Below are positions 40,544 to 51,200 of a stretch of DNA of 64,000 bases, in pieces. The notes below the pieces were generated by a model. It was not told the origin of the DNA, searched no databases, and saw only the letters and a program-made list of their open reading frames with translations. The DNA lies in contig NC_045707.1 in NCBI RefSeq assembly GCF_009834535.1, forward strand, positions 63,986,001 through 64,050,000, in the 5' to 3' direction. The stretch comes from Camelus ferus (taxonomy: Eukaryota). Within the stretch, counting starts at the first letter, position 1; the number at the start of each line of letters is the position of its first letter. Position numbers and translations under genes: made by a program.

Positions 40544-40850
40544 GGTGCCCGGGCAGGGGGCGGCGAGCGGGGCGCGGTGGGAGGGCAGCGTCGCGCTTGC
40601 GGAGGACGCGGGCGCGCCAGGCGCGGCTCGGCGGGCTTCTGCGGCTCCGCGGGCGCCGGCAGCGCGGGGCGCCGCGCTCCTGCCCGGCGGGGGCTCCGAG
40701 GAGAAGCGCCGCGGGGCCGCGCCGCGCCCCTGCCGCCACGCGGGCCTCGGGAGCGGCCCTGGCTGCAGCCGCCGCGGGGGCCGTGAGCGCTGCTGCAGCC
40801 GGCGGCCTGCTCGGTGTGGAGCAGCATCTCCGCTCGCACGCTCGTTTTTT
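40544..40850 (-). other. LGR5: LGR5 5'UTR part of exon 1 (TSS approximate, ~40820-40850)
   Basis: GC-rich sequence between a TATA-like tract and the ATG. It resembles the human LGR5 mRNA 5' end as I recall it (aaaaaacgagcgtgc..gagatgctgctccacacc). The exact TSS cannot be read from sequence. Confidence 0.75.
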
Positions 40851-40888
40851 AAAGCGCTCCAGCCCGAATTGCGCGCCCAGTGACGTCA
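40845..40888 (-). promoter_or_regulatory. Core promoter: TATA-like TTTAAAAAA (40853-40845, minus) and palindromic CRE TGACGTCA (40881-40888)
   Basis: Both motifs are read directly. The CRE lies about 30 bp upstream of the TATA-like element, with GC boxes (ccccgccc) at ~40913-40920. Confidence 0.65.
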
Positions 40889-43264
40889 GCGCAGCCCGGC
40901 GTCCCAGGCACCCCCCGCCCGGCCCCGCTTTCCCTCCTCCGACCCCCTCCCTCCCTCCCTCCCGACTCCGCGGCTGAGGCGGCGCGAGGTGCCGGCGAGT
41001 TCTGAGCGCTCGGGCTTGGCCGCCGGGGCGCGGGTTCGGGCGCTCAGCGCCGCGTGAGGGGCCGGGGACGCCCACCCGCACCGCCTCCCGCGTCCTGGCG
41101 AGCCAGGTCCGAGAGCCGAAAGGGACCTGCTTCGGACGGACACAGGCGGACGCGCAGGGGCCGAAGGCTGCGGCACGCGCCCTCGGAGCCCGCTTCAAAT
41201 AATGGAGGGAACACATGGAGTGCTTAAAAAAAAAAAAAAAAAAACAAAAAACAAAAAAACAAAACCCAGTCCAGGAAAACAGTTACACCGACAGGGTAAG
41301 GAGGCAGGCGTCCCCTGGCGAAGGATGGGTGGCCTTTTTGATCCTTACCTCACGCCGTCCTGTCTGGCCCGCTTTTGCCCTAAAATCGAAACGCTGGGCT
41401 AACTGCTAAATACGTGCAGCTGGTGAGCAAGCGATCCAGTGCTGTCGAACTCGTGGGGTAAGAAGGCCAAGTGGCTTTTTTTTTTGTTTTTCCCCCAAGT
41501 GATTTAGGATCCTCTAGGAAGCCAGCTTTAGTAAAACAATGCCGGACAGACAGACAGATGGACGTTTGCTTTTGTTCGGCGGCCTTTTCAGCCGAAGCAG
41601 TCCCGGGCTCTGTGAGGAGGTGCAGTCCCACCCAGGTGAGAGGCGCTGGGCTCCGGGAACCCAGTGCAAGGTGCGTGTCCTCACGCTCGGCCAGAGTGGC
41701 CCACAGCGAACCTGCAGGAGAAAGGACGAAAGGGAGTTAGGAGGCTGTCTCCGAGAGAAGGCCTCAGCGAGAAGCAAGTCAAAGTTTGCAGACCTGACTG
41801 GCTAAAAGAGGTTCCGGCCCCAGCCTGCCACTTCAGCTCGCAAAAATGGGCAGTTTTCACTCTGGGGCACAATGCCTCTTTGCTTCATGAAGGTGGGGAA
41901 CCCTTTAGCTTAAGGCCTCTCTTAGTCTTTCTCCACTAAGCCCATCCTGCTGAGTTTCCCATACAATCTTCTGAATTTTACAATTGGAAAGATTTTTTTT
42001 TTCTTTGTGGTTATTTACTCTCCTTCGTTTAGGAAGTGATTCCCCAAACCTGGCTGACCACCTGTGAAACATTTAAAAATATAGATTCCTGGACCTAAAT
42101 CGGTATTCTGAACATGCTCTTTTCTAGGGTGAATCCCATCACTGGCAAGCTTGTAACGCTCAGGTTTAGGTGGAAGGAGAGTGTGGCTAAGCTTTCTATC
42201 CTCCATCCTCTTCATTTTGCAAATAAAGGAACGGTGGCCCAGAGATTTCGGAACATTAGACAGTGGCTGCTGAAAACTGTGAGTTAACCCTGGTTTCTGA
42301 ATATCAGTGCTGAATTCTGGTCTGCCCCTTCACTTGTCACTTTGCACATCACATCCACGACGGTCCGTTTGCTTATTCTAACACGATTCTTGATTCTCCC
42401 AGCCATTCCTTCCATGTTTATAGAATGCCTTAGTAATTACCTATTTTCCTTCCCCCCTTTTTAACCTATCCTCAGATTGCTTATTTTGTAGGGGCAATTC
42501 GACTTACTCTTTATGTAAAATCTCCCATAACCATAATCTACATTAATCACCAAGCAACAAATCTTTGTAGAAGAGCTACAGTCATGATGCAACATGGAAT
42601 TTACCTGTCCTCACGGAGCATGCAGTCTACCAGACTGCACAGGAATCCCAGGAGTCTCACTGTATCTTATACATACCGCACAATTGAGCCCTCAGGTTTC
42701 TTGAATACTATTTGTTTTGTTTTGTTTTGTTTTCCTAACTTTATGGTGATGGCTTTGAAGACAGGGACTCGGCCACTAGTTTTTACCTGTAGGACTCACA
42801 CTATGGACTAATGATAGCGAGACCTTAACCAATATTTATTGACTGACTGATTTACCAACCCAGGCATCCAAATCTGGTGGTGTCCACCATCTTACTAAAG
42901 ACTCTCAGCAACAGTTTTTTTTATGACATCAGGGTTCCAAAAAGAGCGTAGCACTTTGGTTGTGGAATGAATCGGGCAAAACTGGATTTGAATCTAGGTT
43001 CTGACAGTTTTAAGTGTTTGATCAGAGGGACAGGATGAGCCTAAGGCTGCGTAAAGGAGGATTAGGAATCACCTAGGTAGTTCTAGGTGTGAAAATGTCT
43101 GGCACTTGGCCTAGAGCAGAGTAGATTTTCAGCCTATGTTCGTGCTTTTCCTCTTCCGTTCAGGAATTGAAGCTTGTTAGTAAATTCATGTAAAGCAGAG
43201 GGATTTCGGATTCAATTACAAGGGGAAGACAGCTATGCTGGATGAAACCAGGTGTAATGAACAT

Positions 43265-43720
43265 CTGTTACCCTTTTTTGTTTTTGTTTTTGTATGCCCA
43301 ATGCCTCTCTTTCCTTTTGGTAAGAGGACTCCACACTTTTCCTTTGGGAGACTACCTCCTAAACCTTAGGGGACTCTGGCAGGGCTGTGGATCATGTGAC
43401 CGCACCTCCCTGTCCCTGGGGTAGGTAAGACACAAGCAGAGCAGTCTGCATCCATTTGGGGGATTGTCGTGGACTCTGGGGTAAGAAGCTCTTCTTCTCT
43501 GGCTTCACGAGTTCTAAGGACAAGGAAACCTGGAGCTCAGAGGGGCTGTCATTCTGCCTTGTGGAGGAAGCTCACCAGGAACTGAACATCCGCATTAGCA
43601 AGGAGAGAAGCAAAAATCCTAAGGTCCTCTTTTAAACATCTGGATCTAAAAGCTATTTCTATTCCATCACCTCCCAGTTGGGTGAGGTAATCAATTTTGT
43701 TTTGTCTTGTTGCTTTGAGG
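43265..43720. mobile_element. Probable degenerate MaLR (MLT1-like) LTR
   Basis: catgtgacc, ctggagct..gctgtcattctgcc and catctggatc motifs in MLT1 order. Confidence 0.35.
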
Positions 43721-44059
43721 TAATGAGCAAGGACTTAGCTGCGATCACTTACACTCAAGGATGCTCAGGAAAAACTTGAAAGCCCAGGAGACATGAATAT
43801 TTGAATGTGACCTGACGAAATTCAAGGTCTTAGAGACCTTAAAACACAGAAAATCATATGGGTTGAAAATAAGAATGGTTCTGCTAATAGCGATTTATTG
43901 CCTGAATGTGCGTATGTTAATCAATTTACCTAAGCTAATAAAGATGAAAATACAGCAAACCAGATTCCTTGTGCACTTAGAAAAAAGTTCTATTAAGGCC
44001 ACTGACCAGTGGTCTCTGTTTTGTGGCAAATACCATTTAATTTATAGGATCAGGTTATC

Positions 44060-44280
44060 AAATTGCTTGATGAGGACCATAAGCATTGACTCAGCCCTTT
44101 ACACAGCCACATGCTCTCACTCAGTCCTCGTGACAACTTTATGACGTTTGTATTATTTTTACCCCCCAATTTAAAGATAGGAAATTCAAGTAGTTTTCCT
44201 AATGGTGACCAGCAAGTCAGTGAGGGAACCAAAATTCTAACCTGAGTCTTCTGACTCTAAGTTCTGTACCGTTTTCCAAA
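44060..44280 (-). mobile_element. MIR SINE
   Basis: cagtcctcgtgacaactttatg...cccccaatttaaagataggaaattcaag...tcttctgactctaagttc. Confidence 0.65.
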
Positions 44281-45349
44281 TCTCTTGGGAATTCTAGCCA
44301 CATAGAGATTTAAACTGGATAGGACCTTGGGTTTACTATCATTTTATTGAGAAAGAAATTCACATATTTTAGTCAGGGAAAAAGTGTGGTCTTTTTGGAC
44401 TGCAGTGAAACCAGTAGAACCAGAATGTTTGTTTTTTTTTTTTTCATGTGAACAGTAGGGACAAGTATATATTCAACCCCATTCCCCCTTAAATATATAT
44501 ATTTCTGGTTTCTCTTGACCACTAGTTACTCACAAGAATATATACTGGTGAGATGTCAGGAGAAAAACCGCTCTACTCTTATGTGTGATAGTAAGGTTAG
44601 TAGGCTCCGAGGAGACTCATTTGGTATTTTCTCTGGGTGAGATGTTCTTATAATTTACGATTTTGGAACGCATCTCACTGTGAATGAGCTGGTGTGTAAT
44701 GGGAATATTTCATGCCAGGCTGGAAATCCCTTTTTACTTCTTAGACTCTTAGGTTGCAAGTTTCGAAAATCATTGCTGGTAAAGTACAGTCTGGTATGTG
44801 TTCCTGGGCTTGCTAAACGGATGCTTTCCTAATTCTTTAATCTTTGATAGAAGTCCACAACTAAAAACATTCAAGTACACCACATGAATTACTAATAAGC
44901 TTAGTTGAAGCATGCCAGGATAATTTTAGTTAACAGGTAAGTCAATATTTCTTTTACAAGTATAGTGAAATAGTGTTTACACAACTGGTGGGCTATTATG
45001 GACTTATTTAACTTGTTTGAAAGAGTATAGAGCCCATTATTTGCCCGGCTCATTTTGCATTCACGATATAATCAGGCGTACGCTGAATTTCTTAACTTCC
45101 TTTCACCAACAAAGTCTAATTAATTGAGAAGGGAGGAGGATTTAAGAATAAAGACCCATTTTCTTGCAGAATTATTTGTTTAGCAAGAAAGCATTCGTTC
45201 AGCTAATTCATTACTTTGAAATAGCCTCTTATATAATATCATTCGGCTCTGTCTTTGATATGACGCAGCATAAAGGAAACCTTTAAATATATCCATATGT
45301 TCACAGCGTGCTAAAAGAAAGGACAGTGGTCCATGACGTTACCAATTCT

Positions 45350-46020
45350 TTTTAGTTCGTTTTTGTAAATTGAAGTACAGTCAGTTACAATGTGCCAATT
45401 TCTGGTGCACAGCACAATGTCCCAGTCATGCATATACATACATATATCCGTTTTTGTATTCTTTTTCATTAAAGGGTTTACAAGATATTGAACATATTTC
45501 CCTGTGCTATACAGAAGAAACTTTCAAAAATCTATTTTTATATATAGTGGCTAACATTTGTAAATCTCAAACTCCCAAATTTATCCCTTCCCACCCCCTT
45601 TCCCCCAGTAACCATAAGATTGTTTACTATGTCTGTGAGTCTGTTTCTGTTTTGTGGATGAGTTCATAGTGTCCTTTCCCCCCCTTTTTCTAGATTCTGC
45701 ATATGAGTGATATCATGTGGTATTTTTCTTTCTCTTTCTGGCTTACTTCACTTAGAATGACGATCTCTAGTTCCATCCATGTTGCTGCAAATGGCATTAT
45801 TTTATTATTTTTTATGGCTGAGTAGTATTCCATTGTATAAATATACCGCAACTTTTTTATCCAGTCATCTGTCGATGGACGTTTAGATTGCTTCCATGTC
45901 TTGGCTATTGTGTATAGTGCTGCTGTGAACATTGGGGTGCATGTATCTTTTCAAATTAGAATTCCCTCCAGCTATATGCCCAGAAGTGGGATTGCTGAAT
46001 CATATGATAAGTCTTCTTTT
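45350..46020 (-). mobile_element. 5'-truncated LINE-1 (ORF2 C-terminus + 3'UTR)
   Basis: ORF 45690-45932 MFTAALYTIAKTWKQSKRPSTDDWIKKLRYIYTMEYYSAIKNNKIMPFAATWMELEIVILSEVSQKEKEKYHMISLIC is the L1 ORF2 terminus. Confidence 0.93.
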
Positions 46021-46448
46021 TCATTCATTTTGATCCCCTTGTTTGATTTCATGGATGGAGATGAACACGGTTCTACGGGTATGCAGCCTGCCTCTTGGGA
46101 ACATGGGTCCAATCAAACTCACATTTGAGTAAACCAGGGATGGGTTTTCTTTTCAAACTAAGAATAAGATTAAGGAGAAAAAAAAAAAAAAAGACACTTA
46201 AAATTAAATGATCTTTCAGTTTATTCACATACTTTTTAAGTTCTGTCAAATAGCGCCTTAGTATCCAGGCAAACTCTTCCATATGCCCAATGTGATGGAT
46301 CCTTTTCTGGTCTCCTTAGAATTATACTTCTAGGATTTTTAGTCATCTGTGATATCCACCTGCTCATATTTAAATGTCAGGGCTCAGACAGAACAGGCAC
46401 CTTGCTCTGAAATGACGAGGTGTAACAGGTTCCCACTGGCAGAGATGG

Positions 46449-46778
46449 TAGAGATCCACAATCCCTCAACTGCAATTCTGAAATCCTAAGAGCTCCAAAA
46501 AAGGAAGGGTTTTTTGAAACAGATTTGGTGGTACAACCTGAACCAAATGGATGTGAATCTGTTTAAAGTCTTTCTCTCGTCTCATGTTAATATTCACTCA
46601 GTTTGCTGCAGAAATGTTGATGTATTTGATTGCAGGGTGCTCCCTCAGGCTCCACTGGGGTTTTATATAATATATGGGATATCATTCTCAAAATAGTCTA
46701 TTTTGAAAATCCTCCCTAATCCTGCACTTGCAGCATCTGTGACCCTGACGTTTTGGGCAAAGGGATTATGAACCTGCA
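46449..46778. mobile_element. TcMar-Tigger (MER46-like) non-autonomous DNA transposon
   Basis: Degenerate terminal inverted repeats ta-gagatccacaatccct ... agggattatgaacctg-ca, and an internal aattctgaaatcc..agctccaaaa motif. Confidence 0.55.
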
Positions 46779-47649
46779 AACATCAGCAAACTTGGGAATA
46801 TTCGTCTCATAAATACTTTTCAGAAGCAAAAGAAAGACAGAAAAAAGGAGTGTTAGAACTTGGATGAGGGAAGGGTGGGAAGTACCATTTCCATCAAGAG
46901 CACAGCCGAGATAGAGAGGAAGTGGTCAGCTCAGGTGAGTGAGGCCATCACTGGACATGTTCTCCTTTGCAGAGTACAGAGCAGAACTTCGGTCTCCTCC
47001 TCTGGGCACATCTTTATAGAACAGTTAGTAGAAACCATTCTGTCTGTTAGGAGTGAGCTCTCTCTCAAACACTAGAGAGTAAATAACAATTGGTAAACAT
47101 ACTTCAGGAAAGAAAAACCAGAGGTGTTGCAGAAATACTAAAAGTAAGGAGGAGGAATTGTACAGTTTACTTAGAAGATCAAACTTATGGATTTTATTCC
47201 ATGGACATGCAGGATTATAAGGAAATTAAACAAATACAGAGCACGCTATTTCCCTAAATGCTTTATTTTCATAAGTCTGGTGTGTTTTAATTGAGTATGC
47301 ATAGTAGCATTTCATTGCAATTACAATCTCATAAAACAAGGCAAAATATATTGCACAAACATTATGGCTCAAGTCAATGAGTCATAATAAAACCCTGTCC
47401 AGATTGCTGCAATTAAAATTTACAGAAACCTTTTGTTGAGTGTTGTTAGGTTTGTGAATTAATAAAATGAGCCTGTTTGTTTTAATTTTTCTTTAACGAG
47501 GACTAACATTTTGATTTGAAGTTTCATCCATTTTTCTTCTTTTGCATAGATTTTTAGATTGTGCTTGGCAGAGAGGAATCTCATTGCAGCTTTAAATATA
47601 TATATATGTGTGTGCGTGTGTATATATATATTCTATTTATTTATTTATT

Positions 47650-47790
47650 TTATAATTTTTTATTTTTTTGCAGATGGGAGGTAATTAGGTTTATTTATTT
47701 ATTTACTTTTCAGTGGAGGTACTGGGGATTGAACCCAGGACCTTGTGTATGTTAAGCATGAGCTCTACCATTTGAGCTATGCCCTCCCCC
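47650..47790 (-). mobile_element. Camelid tRNA-derived SINE (Vic-1 type)
   Basis: gggaggtaattaggtttatttattt...ggaggtactggggattgaacccaggaccttgtgtatgttaagcatgagctctaccatttgagctatgccctcccc. Confidence 0.85.
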
Positions 47791-47984
47791 ACCTAAAAAT
47801 ACCTATATTCTAAATACATTTTCTAAGAGGCTATCTCTGTCATTTCCTTATACCATCCTTCACTCTCCTTTTCACATTCTCTTTTTCCCATTCCCATTTT
47901 CTCCCCAACCTCCCATCAGGATTGCTGCGAGCAGCTGAATGGCTTGAGGGTCACTGGCGTGGTCACTGATGAGAAGGGCAGCGC

Positions 47985-48210
47985 GGCGTTGTAGCATAGT
48001 ACAGGTGTTGGGTTCTCATGGACCAGGGTTCAAGTCTCTGTTCTGTCATTTACCAGTTGTGGGACTGGGAGCAACTTCATCTCTGAGGCCCAGTTTCTTC
48101 ATCTGCAAGGTGAGGATAATTGTACCAAGTGTGTAGAGCTGTTAGCAGACTGAGAGCTCATGTGTTATGGGGGCCTGGCCAGCAGTAAGCACTTAATATA
48201 TGGTAGCAGT
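47985..48210 (+). mobile_element. MIR SINE
   Basis: gaccagggttcaagtctctgttctgtcatttaccagttgtg...cagtttcttcatctgcaaggtgaggataat. Confidence 0.75.
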
Positions 48211-51200
48211 AAGGGACTTTGCATTCTTTTCCTAAGCACTTTTTTTTTTTTCCTTGAGAAAGTCTATTCAATCCTACAGAGAGAGGAGGCCTGAAATAAG
48301 CAAGTAGCTCTTTTATTTTTTTCTTTCGCTAATGATACGGTATTTTGAACATGTACTGTGGTTTCCCACGAAAGTAGAACGTCTCCCAAAATCTTGAGAT
48401 CACCTTGGCTGAGAATCTTTGCTAGTGAAACGATGTGAGTTACATTCAGCAGGCCTTGGTTTCCAGTTTTAGTAAAACCATAGTTCCCAGTTTTAATAAA
48501 ACCTTAGTTCCCAGTTTTAACTAGAATGCATTTATCCAAAGACATTCATTGCACATTCAGTAGATGCCAAGCACTGGGATGTGGGGATAAATACATATGG
48601 TGCCTGCTTTCAAGTAATTCAGCATTGAGCTGAGAAGACAGACGTGGAAACTAGAAGACTAAAATGCAGTGTAATAAAATGCTGTTAGGGTAAGAAGGAG
48701 GGAAGAACTAACTCTGCCTCAGAGGAAGGCTTCATAGAAAAGGTCATACTGGGAGCAAGTTCTTGAAGGCTCAGCAGAAGTTTAAGTGAAAAGGGTGGAA
48801 GGACGACCCTGGGATTTGGATGGAGACAAAATGTAATTTTTAGACAGCGATGAGCATGATTCTAGCTTAGGGTGAACATGTGTGAGGCTGGAGGCACACT
48901 AAGGCAGAGGGGTTGTGAGAAGTGTGTGATACGCCATCTTATTAAGCTTGGGCTTGATCCTGGTACGACAGGGGGCCAGGGCATCCTTAAGCAGGGGAAT
49001 GACGTCGCATTTAATCTTTGGGAAAAGAGAACCTTAGTGTCAGCACAGAGCACTGCTGCAGAAGTCAGAGATCACGGTGGGAGAAGGAGTCAGAAGTTAT
49101 CACTGATTAGAGTATATGGCATATTTGGGCAAGAGGTGAGAAACACTGCAATCAGTATGTAGCAGTAGACATGGTGAGGTGGTAGGTGATAGATTCCTGA
49201 GATACTTCTAGAGGCGGAATTGGAAGAGCTTGGTGACTGTGGTACCTACAGGGGTCAGAGCAGTTGTACTGTTTCCATTGCCTTTAGCCTGGGAGACTGG
49301 GCACATGATGATTATTTACTGTATAATGTTGTTACAATTTTTGAGTCCATGTTTGTGTCAGCTGCTGTGCTAAGAGACTTAAACACATCTCTTAAAAATT
49401 TTATTCCTCTCAACAACCTGTAAAGTAAATAAAATTATCCTCTTTTAAACAAATCAGAAAAATGAGGCTCAGAGAAATTAAATGACTTTGCAAAGTCGCT
49501 CTGCCAAAAGTGGCAAAGTTGGCATTGAATCTGTGGTCCACTGGACTCTAAAACCACACTTTTAAGTCCTGGAAGAGGGTCAGGCTTTGAAAAGAAGGTA
49601 ATAAATGTAACTTTGGAGCATGTCAAGTTTGCAGTTAAGAAGTTTTCAGAATCATGAAGGGTCTGACTACAACATGAACCTTTGCAGCTTCAGTCTTTCT
49701 TGATATAGAATCTTTGATTTGAGCCAGACATATAAATTCTTGGTCACAGGCTTGATGCAATGGCCTCCGTGTTTGCGTTGCTCTCTCCCAACGGTAGATT
49801 CGGATGCAGGGCCCTAAAAACCCAAAGCTTAGTGTCCTAACCAAGTTATGTTGGCAAATATTTTGGGTAAGTGATTTCTAAGGTTCTTTGTTCTACTTGA
49901 GCCTTTTGCAGTCACGTTATGGCTGAAATGTGATGCATTTTGAAGGCACAAATGCTTTTTCCCCTTTTGTGAATGATATTACCCAAGTAATTTTAAAAAA
50001 TTTCCTCTTATAAACTGTCATTTTTCTTAATCCCTTTTGTATCATCAGGCCATAATGTAGTTTCTGAAGGCCTTCTATCAATATTTCTTTGACGAGTCAG
50101 TTATAAGAGGAATACAGGCTAGTTGTAGAAATATTGAAAATGAACAATTATGGAGCGAAATTAAAATTATGTTGCAACTTGAAGGTAAGAGCTGTTAACA
50201 CTGTGTCATTTCAATCTTCTTTGTATGTCTTCGTGATAGTTTATTCTGCCCATCCCACAGGTGAGGAAGATTGATGCTCAAAGAATTTGAAAAACTTCCC
50301 TACCTATGAAGGAAATTTGACCCAGTCTTATACGTTCTGTGGCCTCTCAATTTGGCAAGGAAGATTCAATATTTAGACAAATAACCAGACTAGAGTGTGG
50401 TGTATGGGCAGTTCATTAGGAGAGGTTCAGAGATTATGGGAGTTTAGGGGCAGGAGGGAGTATGTCCTGCTGGTGGAATCCAGGAAGGCTTTCTGGAGCG
50501 GACAGCATCTGAGATGGGTCTTAAAGGATGGGCAGCAATTTGGCACTGGAGAAGGACATTTAAAAGCAGGGAACAGTATGAGCAAAGGGATGACGGCAGA
50601 AAAGCTTAGAACCTCTTTGGGAAATTGATATTCATTCAATTTGGTTGACTTCTGGGCTTTTAAAAAGTTCTAGTGAGGACTAAAGCTATACAACTGAAGG
50701 TTAGGAGAACGAATTAAAGTTCAGATGCTTTGTAGGTGGATGGGTAGGAAAGGACGTATGCCTAAGGAGGCTTGCTTTGGCAGAAACCAGCAAGGAACAG
50801 TCAGAAAAGGGCACTGGGAGGAAGCCCAGAGAGGCTGCCGCCAGGAGGGTGGGCTGGGCCCAGCGTCGGGTCCTACAGGCGCAGCTGTTGAGGGGCACAT
50901 CACTGAGGCTATGAAGCAAGTGTCAGTGAAACACAAATGCTGCATCTCTGTGATCTGAAACAAGGTTTTGTTCAGTTACTTGGCCAGGAAGAATATTCAG
51001 AAGAAATATGGTTATTAAACAACTCGTACCTGGTTGATTGATCATGGTCTAAATCTACATTTAAGTATTCTCAGTTTTTCAGCACCAAGACTAATTGCCT
51101 ATCAATGGAAATTTGACATAACCTCACCCTCTAATAATGTTGAATAGCTGGGGGAATAATTCATATGAGGGAGAGAGAAATCTGACTCATACTTTTTGCG

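Larger units (their letters stand above)
39820..41400. promoter_or_regulatory. CpG island / LGR5 promoter
   Basis: Very high GC and CpG density spanning exon 1, against an AT-rich, CpG-depleted background. Confidence 0.95.

Noticed and set aside
39996..41216. 406-aa minus-strand ORF and many overlapping ORFs in the CpG island
   Set aside because: Low-complexity Arg/Ala/Gly/Pro translations caused by stop-codon depletion in GC-rich DNA. They cross the promoter and the splice donor. Only the 40543 frame matches a known protein.
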